Origin: Balanoglossus misakiensis
Lineage: Eukaryota > Animalia > Hemichordata
Direction: 5' to 3'
Length of the DNA stretch: 64,000 bases
Assembly: GCA_040954595.2 (NCBI GenBank)
Contig: CM082577.2
Coordinates: 15,693,903-15,757,902 of the forward strand
Shown here piece after piece: positions 46,601-62,300 of this stretch. A model generated the notes under the pieces. That model did no database searches and was not told the origin of the DNA. It saw nothing but the letters and a program-made list of their open reading frames with translations. Each line of letters starts with the position of its first letter. The first letter of the stretch is position 1. The translations under genes were made by a program, and so were the position numbers.

Positions 46601-49600
46601 TTTGACACCTGCTTAACTCATTATTTATGTGCATACCTAATTCCGGGCTAACCAAAAGGGCTAGAGGTCTGGTTTTTGTTGGACATGGACCACTATGGAT
46701 CAAAATTTTCTGCCCAAATTGTGGGTGACCTCTGGGTGACCTTTGACCTACTTAACACTATATCAACACCAAACATAGATATAACCTTGATATTTCATGG
46801 GATAAAACACAGCATTATGTTTCTACTCATTAATTATGTGCATATCTAATAATCTGATCAGATAATAGAGCTTGGGCCCGGACAATGCTGCTTGCAGCTT
46901 TAATCTTTCTTTCTTCTTTCTTTATTCTTGTGTCAATTCTTTGTCGCTCTAGATCTCAGACACCACTGCAGGTACACTTCTGAAACTTGCTACAGTGGTC
47001 AAGGTCAATGAGTAGTCGTGCATTGAACCCTTGAATTTCTAATTAGTCACATGACCTGGCAGCCATCTTGGATTTTCTGAAAATATGCAAATCTCAGATC
47101 TCAGAAACTACAAGTCAGATCGACTTCAAATTTGGCGTGCAGGTAGACTACCTTCTGCTTATCATTTTTGTAATTGGAAATTATGCTGAAAAAGTTGCAG
47201 TTTTTTTGCTACAATTTTTTTTCTGAAATCTGGCTTAAATTTCAAAAATCTTCTTCTCCAGAACCGGTGATAACCGAGACACTGGGTTTGGGGTATGTGG
47301 TCACCAAACTGAGGTCTATCAAGTTTGCGAAGATCATTGTGATTGGTCGAAGATTTTGGCGGCCATATTGGATTTTGTGAACAACGATTAAAAAGTAAAA
47401 ATTCCGTTTCTAGCCTAAAAATTGATAGCACAGAAATTCTTTTTATGGATATGAATCATCATATGACAAGAATAAGCTATAAATATTTTGGTAATTTTGG
47501 CAATGACCTTTGACCTACTTTTGACGCGTCATTTTTCTGCATATCTAATTCCTGGCTAACCAATAGGGCTATAAGTTTGGTTTTTGATGTATGTGGATTT
47601 GTATGTGATCAACAAATTTTGCTACTTTTCATGACCCCTTTGACCTCTGCTGACCTCATTAAATATGCACATACCTAATTACAGATGAACCAATAGACCT
47701 AGAGGTTTTGTTTTTGCTATACATGGACCACTATGGGTCAAAATTTTCTACCCAAATTTTGGGTGACCTCAGATGACCTTTGACCTACTTTTGCATATCT
47801 CAGCATCCAAAGCAGGTACAACCTTGGCGTTTGGAGGTATGGGGCCATAATGAAAAGCCAAAGTTGTGGGGTCACCTGTGACACCTGCTTTACGCATTAT
47901 TTATGTGAATACCTAATTCCGGGTTAACCAAAAGGGCTAGAGGTCTGGTTTTTGTTGGACATTGACCACTATGGGTCAAAATATTCTGCCCAAATTGTGG
48001 GTGACCCCTGGGTGACCTTTGACCTACTTAACACTATATCAGCACCAAACATAGATATAACCTTGATATTTCATGGGATAAAACACTGCATTATGTTTCT
48101 ACTCATTAATTATGTGCATATCTAATAATCAGATCAGATAATAGAGCTTGGGCCCGGACAATGCTGCTTGCAGCTTTAATTCTGTCTTTCCTTCTTTCTT
48201 CTTTCTTCTTTCTTTATTCTTGTGTCAATTCTTTGTCGCTCTAGATCTCAGACACCACTGCAGGTACACTTCTCAAACTTGCTACAGTGGTCAAGGTCAA
48301 TGAGTAGATGTGCATTGAACCCTTGAATTTTTAATTAGTCACGTGACATGGCGGCCATATTGGATTTTCTGAAAAAATGCAAATCTCAGATCTCAGAAAC
48401 TACAAGTCAGATCGAGTTCAGATTTGGCGTGCTGGTAGTATACCCTCTGCCCATCATTTTTGTAATTGGATATTTTGCTGTCAATGTTGCAGTTTTTTTG
48501 CTACAGTTGTTTTTCTGAAATCTGGTCAAAATTTCAAAAATCTTCTTCTCCAGAACCGGCGATAACCGAGTCACGCCGTTTGGGGTATGTGGTCACCTAA
48601 CTGATGTCTATCAAGTTTGCGAAGATCATTGTGATTGGTCGAAGATTATGGCGGCCATATTGGATTTTCGAAAAACCATAGTAAAACTTCAAAAATCTTC
48701 TTCTCCAGAACGGGCGATAACCGAGTCACAAGATTTGGTGTGTGTGGTCATTAAACAGATGTCTATCAAGTTTGCGAAGGGGAATGTGATTGGTCGAAGA
48801 TTATGGCGGCCATATTGGATTTTGTGAAAAACGATTAAAAAGTAAAAATTCCTTTTCTAGCCAAAAAATTGATAGCACAGAAATTCTTTTTATGGATATG
48901 AATCATCATATGACAAGAATAACCTATAAATATTTTGGTAATTTTGGCAATGACCTTTGACCTACTTTTGACGCATCATTTTTCTGCATATCTAATTCCA
49001 GGCTAACCAATAGGGCTATAAGTTTGGTTTTTGATGTATGTGGATTAGTGTGTGATCAAAATATTTTGCTACTTTTCACGACCCCTTTGACCCCTGCTGA
49101 CCTCATTAATTATGTGCATAGCTAATTACAGGCGAACCAATAGACCTAGAGGTTTTGTTTTTGTTGGACAGGACCAGTATGGGGTCAAATGTTTTTACCC
49201 AAATGTTGGGTGACCTCTGGTGACCTTTGACCTACTTTCGCAAATCTCAGCATCCATAGCAGATACAGCCTTGGCGTTTGGAGGTATGGGGCCATAATGA
49301 AAAGCTAAAGTTTTGGGTCACCTGTGACACCTGCTTAACTCATTATTTATGTGCATACCTAATTCCGGGCTAACCAAAGGGGCTAGAGGTCTGGTTTTTG
49401 TTGGACATGGACCACTATGGGTCAAAATTTTCTGCCCAAATTGTGGGTGACCTCTGGGTGACCTTTGACCTACTTAACACTATATCAGCACTAAACATAG
49501 ATATAATCTTGATATTTCATGGGATAAAACACAACATTATGTTTCTACTCATTAATTATGTGCATATCTAATAATCAGATCAGATAATAGAGCTTGGGCC

Positions 49601-52600
49601 CGGACAATGCTGCTTGCAGCTTTAATTCTTTCTTTCTTTCTTCTTTCTTTATTCTTCTGTCAATTCTTTGTCGCTCTAGATCTCAGACACCACTGCAGGT
49701 ACAGTTCTCAAACTTGCTACAGTGGTCAAGGTCAATGAGTAGTCGTGCATTGAACCCATGAATTTTTAATTAGTCACATGACCTGGCGGCCATCTTGGAT
49801 TTTCTGAAAAAATGCAAATCTCAGATCTCAGAAACTACAAGTCAGATCAACTTCAAATTTGGCGTGCAGGTAGACTACCTTCTGTCAATCATTTTTGTAA
49901 TTGGAAATTATGCTGACAAAGTTGCAGTTTTTTTGCTACAATTTTTTTTCTGAAATCTGGCTTAAATTTCAAAAATCTTCTTCTCCAGAACCGGTGATAA
50001 CCGAGACACGGGGTTTGGGGTATGTGGTCACCTAACTGATGTCTATCAAGTTTGCGAAGATCATTGTGATTGGTCGAAGATTATGGCGGCCATATTGGAT
50101 TTTCGAAAAACCCTAGTAAAATTTCAAAAATCTTCTTCTCAAGAACCGGCGATAACCGAGTCACAAGATTTGGTGTGTGTGGTCATTAAACAGATATCTA
50201 TCAATTTTGCAAAGAGCATTGTGATTGGTCGAAGATTATGGCGGCCATATTGGATTTTGTGAAAAACGATTAAAAAGTAAAAATTCCCTTTCTAGCCTAA
50301 AAATTGTTAGCACAGAAATTCTTTTTATGGATATGAATCATCATATGACTACAATGTGCTATAAATATTTTGGTAATTTTGGCAATGACCTTTGACCTAC
50401 TTTTGACGCATCATTTTTCTGCATATCTAATTCCAGGCTAACCAATAGGGCTATAAGTTTGGTCTTTGATGTATGTGGATTAGTGTGTGATCAAAATATT
50501 TTGCTACTTTTCATGACCCCTTTGACCCCTGCTGACCTCATTATTTATGTGCATAGCTAATTACAGGCGAACCAATAGACCTAGAGGTTTTGTTTTTGTT
50601 ATAAATGGACCAGTATGGGGTCAAAATATTTTGCCCAAATGTTGGGTGACCTCGGGTGACCTTTGACCTACTTTTGCATATCTCGACATCCACAGCAGAT
50701 ACAACCTTGGCGTTTGGAGGTATGGGGCCATAATGAAAAGCCAAAGTTTTGGGTCACCTTTGACACCTGCTTAACTCATTATTTATGTGCATACCTAATT
50801 CCGGGCTAACCAAAAGGGCTAGAGATCTGGTTTTTGTTGGACATGGACCACTATGGGTCAAAATTTTCTGCCCAAATTGTGGGTGACCTCTGGGTGACCT
50901 TTGACCTACTTAACACTATATCAACACCAAACATAGATATAACCTTGATATTTCATGGGATAAAACACAGCATTATGTTTCTACTCATTAATTATGTGCA
51001 TATCTAATAATCTGATCAGATAATAGAGCTTGGGCCCGGACAATGCTGCTTGCAGCTTTAATTACGGGCCCAAGCCAAGCCAGGCTTGGGCCCGTATTGG
51101 TTTCGTTGGAATTTTTAGGGCCCAAGCGCATAGCAGCGCTTGGGCCCTATTGGTTTCGTTGGGGTTTTTCTTTCTTTCTTTCTTTCTTTCTTTATTCTTG
51201 GTTCACTTCTTTGTCGCTCTAGATCTCAGACACCACTGCAGGTACAGTTTTCAAACTTGCTACAGTGGTCAAGGTCAATGAGTAGTCGTGCATTGAACCC
51301 TTGAATTTTTAATTAGTCACGTGACCTGGCGGCCATATTGGATTTTCTGAAAAAATGCAAATCTTAGATCTCAGAAACTACAAGTCAGATCGACTTCAAA
51401 TTTGACATGCAGGTAGACTACTTTCTACCCATCATTTTTGTAATTGGAAATTTTGCTGTCAATGTTGCAGTTTTTTTGCTACAATTTTTTTTCTGAAATC
51501 TGGCTTAAATTTCAAAAATCTTCTTCTCCAGAACCGGTGATAACCGAGACACGTGGTTTGGGGTATGTGGTCACCTAACTGATGTCTATCAAGTTTGATA
51601 AGAAGCATTGTGATTGGTCGAAGATTATGGCGGCCATATTGGATTTTCGAAAAACCATAGTTAAACTCCAAAAATTTCCTTCTCCAGAACGGGCGATGAC
51701 TGAGTCGCAAGATTCGGGGAGTATCGTCACTACACTGATGTCTATCAAGTTTGCAAAGAGCATTGTGATTGGTCGAAGATTATGGCGGCCATATTGGATT
51801 TTGTAAAAAGCAGTGAAAAATTGAAATTCTTTTTTCTAGTCTAAAAATTGATAGCATACAAATTCTTTTTATGGATATCAATCGTCATGTGACTAAAATA
51901 TGTTACAATTTTTTGGCGATTTTTCACATGACCTTTGACCTACTTATCACGCGTTATTATTTCTGCATATCCAATTCCAGGCTAACCTATAGGGCTAGAC
52001 GTTTGGTTTTTGATGAATGTGGATTAGTGTGTGATCAAAATATTTTGCTACTTTTCATGACCCCCTTTGATCTCTGCTGACCTCATTAATTATGCGCATA
52101 GCTAATTACAGGCGAACCAATAGAGCTAGAGGTTGGGTTTTTGTTGGACATGGACCAGTATGGGATCAAATTTTTTTGCCCAAATGTTGCGTGACCTCTG
52201 GTGACCGTTGACCTACTTTTGCATATCTCATCATCCAGAGCAGATACAGCCATGGCATTTGGTAGGATGGGACCAAAATGTAAAGCCACATTTTTGGGTC
52301 ACCTGTGACACCTGTTGACCTCATTAAATATGCACATACCTAATTACAGGCGAACCAATAGAGCTAGAGTTTTGTTTTTTGTTGGACATGGACCAGTATG
52401 GGTAAAAAAAAAATTGCCCAAATGTTGGGTGACCTCAGGTGACCTTTGACCTACTTCACCCTATTTCAGCAGCAAGAATACACACATCCTTGTTATGTCA
52501 TGAGATAATACATACGATAGAAAATTCTGTTTCTTCTCATTCATACTGTGCATATATAATTCAAGATCAGCGCTTGGGCCCGACAATGCTGCTTGCAGCT

Positions 52601-55581
52601 TTAATTAGGGCACAAGCCCAGCAGGCTTGTGCCCTATTGTTTTTACTGGAGTTTTTAGGGCCCAAGCCCAGCAGGCTTGGGCCCTATTGTTTTTACTGGA
52701 GTTTTTCTTCTTCTTCTTCTTCTTCTTGTGCCGTTTTTTTCGTCAAGTAGATCTTGAAATCGGCTGAACCTACAAATCTGAAACTTGGCACAATGGTGCA
52801 GGCCTATGAGAGCTTGAGCTGTACCCTTGTGAATGTTTAATTAGTCATGTGACCTGATGACCATATATGGGCAAAATTTTCAAATCGGCCTTATTTGCAT
52901 ATGCATGAAGATATCAAAATTCTTTTAGCAACTTTTGTGGACCATGTGGTCAGGGTTCTACATGCCAAATGTCAGGGCCATAGGCCATGTCAATTTTGAG
53001 AAGAAGATTTTTAAGTATTATTTTTCATATTTTTCACCCAAGCCATGGGCCTATACTTTACATAGTACAGCTATGACCACATATTATTTTGGATAAATAT
53101 GCATACATATCTCAAAATCTGTTAGGCCGATCATCTCCAACTTTGCTGTGCAGCTAGCCTAGCATTTGTCAATCATTTTATAATATGAAAAATCGACCGA
53201 TTTTTTTAATTTTTTTTTTTTAAATTAAATTTATACCTTTACTTATACCTCTATAGTTAAGCTATGTACACGTCTTAGTGTGGAATTCTGGTCTGTGCAA
53301 GGTCCTGTACAGTGACTGTCGTCTATTGGGCAGTGAGCACAATGGGACCAAAATAACAGGCAAAATTTTGGGCTCACCTGTAACACCTGCTTAACTAATG
53401 AATTATGAGCATACCTAATTCCAGGCTAACAAATAGGGCTATAGGTTTGGTTTTTGTTGAACATGGGCCAGTATAGGGTCAAAATGTCTTGCCCAAATGT
53501 TGCATGACCTCAAGTGACCTTTGACCTACTTTACCATTTCTTGGCATCCAGAGCAGGTACAGAATTGGCGTTTGGAGGGTTGGGACTAAAATTGAAAAGC
53601 CAAAATTGGGGGTCACCTGTGACACCTGCATATCTCATTAATTATGCGCATACCTAATTCCAGGCTAACCAATAGGGCTATAGGTTTGGTTTTTGTTGAA
53701 CATGGACCAGTATAGGGTCAAAATTTCTTTCCCAAAGTTTGTATGACCTCAGGTGACCTTTGACCTACTTTACCAGATCTTGGCATCCAGAGCAGGTACA
53801 GACTTGGCGTTTGGAGGGTTGGGACTAAAATTGAAAAGGCAAAATTGGGGATCACCTGTGACACCTGCCTACCTCATTAATTGTGTGCATACCTAATTCC
53901 AGGCTAACCAATAGGGCTATAGGTTTGGTTTTTGTTGAACATGGACCAGTATAGGGTCAAAATTTCTTGCCCAAATTTTTCATGACCTCAGGTGACCTTT
54001 GACCTACTTTACCATATCTTGGCATCCAGAGCAGATATGCTTATTGCTATGTTGCTAATTTTTTTTATTAAATTTATACCTTTACTTATACCTCCATGGT
54101 TAAGCTATGTCCATGTCTTATTGTGGAATTCTGACCTGTGCAATAGTCCTGTACAGTGACTGTCTATTGGTGTGTGAGCACAATGGCTCCAAAATAAAAG
54201 GCACAATTTTAGGCTCACCTGTAACACCTGCTTAACTCATTTATTATGTGCATACCTAATTCTGGGCTAACTAAGAGGGCTAGAGGTTTTGTTCTTGTGG
54301 GACATGGACCAGTATAGGGTCAAAATTTCTTGCCCAAATTTTGGGTGACCTCAGGTGACCTTTGACCTACTTTCCTATATCTCGGCATCCAGAGCAGGTA
54401 CAGACTTGGCGTTTGGAGGGTTGGGACTAAAATTAAAAAGCCAAATTGGGGGTCACCTGTGACACCTGCATATCTCATTAATTATGTGCATACCTATTTC
54501 CAGGGTAACCAATAGGGCTATAGGTTTGGTTTTTGTTGAACATGGACCAGTATAGGGTAAAGATTTCTTGCCCAAATTTTGCATGACCTCAGGTGACCTT
54601 TGACCTACTTTACCAGATCTTGGCATCCAGAGCAGATACAGAATTGGCGTTTGGATGGTTGGGACTAAAATTGAAAAGCCAAATTGGGGGGTCACCTGTG
54701 ACACCTGCCTACCTCATTAATTATGTGCATACCTAATTCCAGGCTAACCAATAGGGCTATAGGTTTGGTTTTTGATGAACATGGACCAGTATAGGGTCAA
54801 AATTTCTCGCCCAAATTTTGCATGACCTCAGGTGACCTTTGACCTACTTTTCCATATCTTGGCATCCAGAGAAGATATGCTTATTGCTATGTTGCTATGT
54901 TGGCTTGGGCCCGCCATTGCTGCTTGCAGCTATATTTAGGGCCCAAGCCCAGCAGGCTTGGGCCCTATTGGTATTACTGGCTTTTTTCTTCTACTTCTTC
55001 TTCTTCTTCTTGTGTCGTTTTATCGGCCAGCTAGATCTGGAAAATGGCTGAACCCACAAATCTCAAATTTGGCACAATGGTGCAGGCCAATGACAGCTGG
55101 TGCAGTACCATTGTGAATGTTTAATTAGTCATGTGACCTGATGACCATATATGGGCAAAATTTTGAAATCGGCCTTATTAGCATATGCATGGAGATATCA
55201 AAATTCTTTTAGCAACCTTTGTGGACCATGAGGTCAGCGTTCTACATGCCAAATGTCAAGGCCATAGGCCTTGTCAATTTTGAGAAGAAGATTTTTAAGT
55301 ATTATTTTTCATATTTTTCGCCCAAGCCATCGGCCTATACTATACATAGCTTTGACTATACAAGCTTTGACCACATATTATTTTGGATGAATATGCAGTC
55401 ATATCTAAACATCGGTTGGGCCGATCAACTCCAACTTTGGTGTGCAGGTAGCCTAGCATTTGCCAATAATTTTAAGCGAAAAAAATTAATATGAAAAATC
55501 GACCGATTTTTTTATATTAATTTTTTAATGAAATTTATACCATTACTTATACCTCTATGGTTAAGCTATGTCCACGTCTTA

Positions 55582-55979
55582 CTACCGTTGTCATTTAAGC
55601 ACCCCGAAACACTGATAAGAACTCCAATATAATTAGCCAGAGTAAACTGAGATTGTTATGCTGAAGTCGGCATCTGGTTACGTTCGTTTTGATCATTAGA
55701 ACTGATTAGAGCAGTTCTGTATCAACACACTCTGGGGGTGTCCTGCTTCGAACATGTCTAAAACACATGTGTACACATTTGTAAAGAGATTTTACACAGT
55801 GTCAGTTTTGAAGCAGGATGCCCCCTGTGGTACATGTTGATACAGAGCTATGTAATCAGTCATAATGATCATTGCAAATGTAACCATATGCCGACTTCAG
55901 CATAAAAATCTCAGTTTACTCTGGCTAATTATATTGGAGTTCGTATCAGCGTTTCGGGGTGCTTAAATGACAACGGTAG
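55582..55979. mobile_element. ~400-bp fold-back MITE with TA target duplication (Tc1/mariner-type)
   Basis: CTACCGTTGTCATTTAAGCACCCCGAAAC... inverted almost to the centre; sister units read CACGTCTTA-(G/T)TGTGG at the empty site. Confidence 0.85.
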
Positions 55980-58900
55980 TATTGTAGAATTCTGGCCTGT
56001 GCAATGGTCCTGTACAGTGACTGTCAATTGGCCCGTGTGCAGAATGGGACCAAAATAAAAGGCACAATTTTGGGCTCACCTGTAACACCTGCTTAACTCA
56101 TTAATTATGTGCATACCTAATTCCGGGGAAACTAATAGGGCTAGAGGTGTGACATGGACTAGTATGGGGTCAGAAATTTTTGCCCAAATTTTGGGTGACC
56201 TCAGGTGACCTTTGACCTACTTTCCTATATCTCGGCATCCAGAGCAGGTACAGACTTGCAGTTTCGAGGGTTGGGACTGAAATTGAAAAGCCAAAACTGG
56301 GGTCACCTGTGACACCTGCCTACCTCATTAATTATGTGCATACCTAATTCCGGGCTAACAAAGAGGGCTAGAGGTTTTGTTCTTGTAAGACATGGACCAG
56401 TATAGGGTCAAAAAAGTTTTGCCCAAATTTTGGGTGACCTCAGGTGACCTTTGACCTACTTTCCTATATCTCGGCATCCAGATCAGGTACAGACTTTGCA
56501 TTCAGAGGGATGGAACTCCCAATGGAGTCTTACACTTTACCTCATTAATTATGTGCATACCTAATTCAAGGCTAACCAATAGGGTTATAGGTTTGGTTTT
56601 TGTTGAACATGGACCAGTATAGGGTCAAAATTTCTTGCCCAAATTTTGTATAACCTCAGATGACCTTTGACCTACTTTACCAGATCTTGGCATCCAGAGC
56701 AGGTACAGACTTGGCGTTTGGAGGGTTGGGACTAAAATTGAAAAGGCAAAATTGGGGGTCAACTGTGACACCTGCATATCTGATTAATTATGTGCATACC
56801 TAATTCCAGACTAACCAATAGGGCTATAGGTTTGGTTTTTATTGAACATGGACCAGTATAAGGTCAAAATTTCTTGCCCAAATTTTGCATGAACTGAGGT
56901 GACCTTTGACCTACTTTACCAGATCTTGGCATCCAGAGCAGGTACAGAATTGGCGTTTGGAGGGTTGGTACTAAAATTGAAAAGCCAAAATTGGGGGTCA
57001 CCTGTGACACCTGCCTACCTCGTTAATTATGTGCATACCTAATTCCAGGCTAACCAATAGGGCTATAGGTTTGGTTTTTGTTGAGCATGGACCAGTATAG
57101 GGTCAAAATTTCTTGCCCAAATTTTGCATGACCTCAGGTGACCTTTGACCTACTTTTCCATATCTTGGCATCCAGAGCAGATATGCTTATTGCTATGTTG
57201 CTATGTGCTATGTTGGCTTGGGCCCGCTATTGCTGCTTGCAGCTATATTCTTCTACTTCTTCTTCTTCTTTTTCTTCTTCTGTCATTTTCTTTGGCGAGG
57301 TAGATCTGGAAAACTGCTAAACCTACCAATTTCAAACTTGGCACAATTGTGCAGGCCAATGAGAGCTAGTGCAGTACCCTTGTGAATGTTTAATTAGTCA
57401 CGTGACCTGATGACCATATATGGGCAAAATTTCCACATCGGCCTTATTTGCATATGAATGGAGATATCAAAATTCTTTTAGCAACTTTTGCGGACCATGT
57501 GGTCAGTGTCCTACTTGCCAAATGTCAAGGCCATTGGCCATGCCAATTTTGAGAAGAAGATTTTTAAGTATTATTTTTCATATTTTTTGACCAAGCCATG
57601 GGCCTATACTTTCCATAGTAAAGCTATGACCACATAATATTTTGGATAAATATGCATACATATCTCAAAATCTGTCAGGCCAATCATCTCCAACTTTGGT
57701 GTGCAGCTAGACTAGCATTTGTCAATAATTTTAAGCGAAAAAAAATAATATGAAAAATCGACGGATTTTTTTATATTAATTTTTTAAATAAATTTATACC
57801 TTTACTTATACCTCTATGTCCATGTCTTATTGTGGAATTCTGGTCAGTGCAATAGTCCTGTACAGTGAGTGTCTATTGGTCAGTGAGCACAATGGCACCA
57901 AAATAAAAGGCAGAATTTTAGGCTCACCTGTAACACCTGCTTAACTCAGTAATTATGTGCATACCTAATTCTGGGCTAACTAAGAGGGCTAGAGGTTTCG
58001 TTCTTGTGGGACATGGACCAGTATAGGGTCAAAATTTCTTGTCCAAATTTGGGGTGACCTCAGGTGACCTTTGACCTACTTTCCTATATCTCGGCATCCA
58101 GAGCAGGTACAGACTTGGCGTTTGGAGGGTTGGGACTAAAGTTGAAAAGCCAAAATAGGGGTCACCTGTGACACCTGCATATCTCATTAATTATGTGCAT
58201 ACCTAATTCCAGGCTAACCAATAGGGCTATAGGTTTGGTTTTTGTTGAACGTGGACCAGTATAGGGTCAAAATTTATTGCCCAAATTTTGCATGACCTCA
58301 GGTGACCTTTGACCTACTTTACCATATCTTGGCATCCAGAGCAGATACAGAATTGGCGTTTGGATGGTTGGGACTAAAATTGAAAAGCCAAATTGGGGGG
58401 TCACCTGTGACACCTGCCTACCTCATTAATTATGTGCATACCTAATTCCAGGCTAACCAATAGGGCTATAGGTTTGGTTTTTGATGAACATGGACCAGTA
58501 TAGGGTCAAAATTTCTCGCCCAAATTTTGCATGACCTCAGGTGACCTTTGACCTACTTTTCCATATCTTGGCATCCAGAGCAGATATGCTTATTGCTATG
58601 TTGCTATGTGCTATGTTGGCTTGGGCCCGCCATTGCTGCTTGCAGCTATATTTCTTCTTCTTCTTCTTGTGCCGTTTTTTTCGTCAAGTACATCTTGAAA
58701 ACGGCTGAACCTACAAATCTCAAACTTGGCACAATGGTGCAGGCCAATAAGAGCATGAGCTGTACCCTTGTGAATGTTTAATAAGTCATGTGACCTGATG
58801 ACCATATTTGGGCAAAATTTTCAAATCGGCCTTATTTGCATATGCATGGAGATATCAAAATTCTTTTAGCAACTTTTGCTGACCATGGGGTCATTGTCCT

Positions 58901-59181
58901 ACATGCCAAATTTCAAGGCCATAGGCCATGTCAATTTTGAGAAGAAGATTTTTAAGTATTATTTTTCATATTTTTCGCCCAAGCCATGGGCCTATACGTT
59001 ACAAGCTATGACCACATATTATTTTGGATAAATATGCATACATATCTCAAAATCATCTCAAACTTTGGTGTGCAGCTAGCCTAGCATTTGTCAATCATTT
59101 TAAGCGAAAAAAAATAATATGAAAAATCGACCGATTTTTTTATATTAATGTTTTAAATTAAATTTATACCTTTTTACTTAA

Positions 59182-59355
59182 AGGTATACGGTCACCTCCA
59201 ATTTACATATCGCCATATATAGTTGAAATGGCGTATTTGAGTGTTCTAAAGAACGCTTTATTTTCGCGTGTGCCACCCACTGAAAATCTGTGATTGGTTA
59301 GATCTCGATTTACCATGGTAAATGTGGCTAAATTTGTATAGGTGACCGTATACCT
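59182..59355. mobile_element. 174-bp MITE flanked by TTAA (Kolobok-like)
   Basis: TTAA AGGTATACGGTCACCT ... AGGTGACCGTATACCT TTAA; absent from sister units. Confidence 0.8.
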
Positions 59356-62300
59356 TTAATATACCTCTATAGTTAAGCTATGTACACGTCTTAGTGTGGA
59401 ATTCTGGTCTGTGCAACGGTCCTGTACAGTGACTGTCTATTGGGCAGTGAGCACAATGGGACCAAAATAACAGGCAAATTTTTGGGCTCACCTGTAACAC
59501 CTGCTTAACTAATGAATTATGTGCATACCTAATTCCGGGCTAACTAATAGGCCTAGAGGTTTTGTTCTTGTGGGACATGGACCAGTATGGGGTCAAAATT
59601 TCTTGCCCAAATTTTGGGTGACCTCAGGTGACCTTTCACCTACTTTACCATATCTTGGCATCCAGAGCAGGTACAAACTTGGCGCTTGCAGGGTTGGGAC
59701 TAAAATTGAAAAGCCAGAATGGGGGTCACCTGTGACACCTGCATATCTCATTAATTATGCGCATACCTAATTCCAGGCTAACAAATAGGGCTATAGGTTT
59801 GTTTTTTGTTGAACATGGACCAGTATGGGGTCAAAATTTCTTGCCCAAATTTTGGGTGACCTCAGGTGACCTTTCACCTACTTTACCATATCTTGGCATC
59901 CAGAGCAGGTACAAACTTGGCGCTTGCAGGGTTGGGACTAAAATTGAAAAGCCAGAATGGGGGTCACCTGTGACACCTGCATATCTCATTAATTATGCAC
60001 ATACCTAATTCCAGGCTAACAAATAAGGCTATAGGTTTGGTTTTTGTTGAACATGGACCAGTATAGGGTCAAAATTTCTTGCCCAAATGTTGCATGACCT
60101 AAAGTGACCTTTGACCTACTTTACCATATCTTGGCATCCAGAGCAGGTACAGACTTGGCGTTTGGAGGGTTGGGATTAAAATTGAAAAGCCGAATTGGCG
60201 CTCACCTGTGACACCTGCATATCTCATTAATTATGTGCATACCTAATTCCAGGCTAACCAATAGAGCTATAGGTTTGGTTTTTGTTGAACATGGACCAGT
60301 ATAGGGTCAAAATTTCTTGCCCAAATTTTGCATGACCTCAGGTGACCTTTGACCTACTATCATATATCTCGGAATCCAGAGCAAGTACAGACTTGGCGTT
60401 TGGAGGGTTGGGACTGAAAGTGAAATGCCAAAATTGGGGGTCACCTGTGGCACCTGCATATCTCATTAATTATGTGCATACCTAATTCCAGGCTAACCAA
60501 TAGGGCTATAGGTTTGGTTTAAGTTGAACATGGACCAGTATATGGTAAAAATTTCTTTCCCAAATTTAACATGACCTCAGGTGACCTTTGACCTACTTTA
60601 CCATATCTTGGCATCCAGAGCAGATATGCCTGTTCCTATGTTGCTATGTGCTATGTTGGCTTGTGCCCGCTATTGCTGCTTGGCAGCTATATTTAGGGCC
60701 CAAGCGCACGCAAGCGCTTGGGCCCTATTGGTTTCGTTGGGGTTTTTTAGGGCCCAAGCGCATACCAGCGCTTGGGCCCTATTGGTTTCGTTGGGGTTTT
60801 TCAGTCTTTCTTTCTTTCCTTCTTTATTCTTGGTTCCATTTTTCGGCCACCTAAATCTCAAAAACTGCAGCACCAACCAGGCTGAAACTTGGTAGGCAGA
60901 TAGGGGCCAATGAGTAGATGTGCAGTGGCTCGTGAATATTTAATTAGTCACGTGACCTGGCGGCCATATTGGATTTTCTGAAAAAATGCAAATCTCAGAT
61001 CTCAGAAACTACAAGTCAGATTGACTTCAAATTTGGTGTGCAGCTAGTATACCTTATGCCCATCATTTTTGTAATTGGATATTTTGCTGTCAATGTTGCA
61101 GTTTTTTTGCTACAGTTGTTTTTCTGAAATCTGGTCAAATTTTCTAAAATCTTCTTCTCCAGAACCGGCGATAACCGAGTCACGCCATTTGAGGTATGTG
61201 GTCACCTAACTGATGTCTATCAAGTTTGCGAAGATCATTGTGATTGGTCGAAGATTATGGCGGCCATATTGGATTTTCGAAAAACCATAGTAAAACTTCA
61301 AAAATCTTCTTCTCCAGAACGGGCGATAACCGAGTCACAAGATTTGGTGTGTGTGGTCATTAAACAGATGTCTATCAAGTTTGCGAAAGGGAATGTGATT
61401 GGTCGAAGATTATGGCGGCCATATTGAATTTTGTGAAAAGCGATTAAAAAGTAAAAATTCCCTTTCTAGCCTAAACATTGATAGCACAGAAATTCTTTTT
61501 ATGGATATGAATCATCATATGACAAGAATTAGCTATAAATATTTTGGTAATTTTGGCAATGACCTTTGACCTACTTTTGACGCTTCATTTTTCTGCATAT
61601 CTAATTCCAGGCTAACCAATAGGGCTATAAGTTTGGTTTTTGATGTATGTGGATTTGTATGTGATCAAAAAATTTCGCTACTTTTCATGACCCCTTTGAC
61701 CTCTGCTGACCTCATTAAATATGCGCATACCTAATTACAGATGCACCAATAGACCTAGAGGTTTGGTTTTTGTTGGACATGGACCAGTATAACTATTGGG
61801 TCAAAATTTTTTGCTCAAATGTTGGGTGACCTTGGGTGACCTTTGAGTTACTTTTGCATATGTCGACATCCACAGCAGATACAGCTTGGAGTTTGGAGGT
61901 ATGGGGCCATAATGAAAAGCCAAAGTTTTGGGTCACCTGTGACCCCTGCTCAATTCATTATTTATGTGCATACCTAATTCCGTGCTAACCAAAAGGCCAA
62001 GAGGTCTGGTTTTTGTTGGACATGGACCACTATGGGTCAAAATTTTCTGCCCAAATTGTGGGTGACCTCTGGGTGACCTTTGACCTACTTAACACTATAT
62101 CAGCACCAAACATAGTTATAACCTTGATATTTCATGGGATAAACACAGCATTATGTTTCTTCTCATTAATTATGTGCATATCTAATATCAGATCAGATAA
62201 TAGAGCTTGGGCCCGGACAATGCTGCTTGCAGCTTTAATCTTTCTTTCTTTTTTCTTGTGTCAATTTCTTCGGCCAACGAGATCTCTGAAACTACTGCAG

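Larger units (their letters stand above)
53380..60630. repeat. ~238-bp internal tandem repeats in the second Helentron subfamily
   Basis: Near-identical translations at 59519 and 59757 (238 apart); several copies per element. Confidence 0.85.
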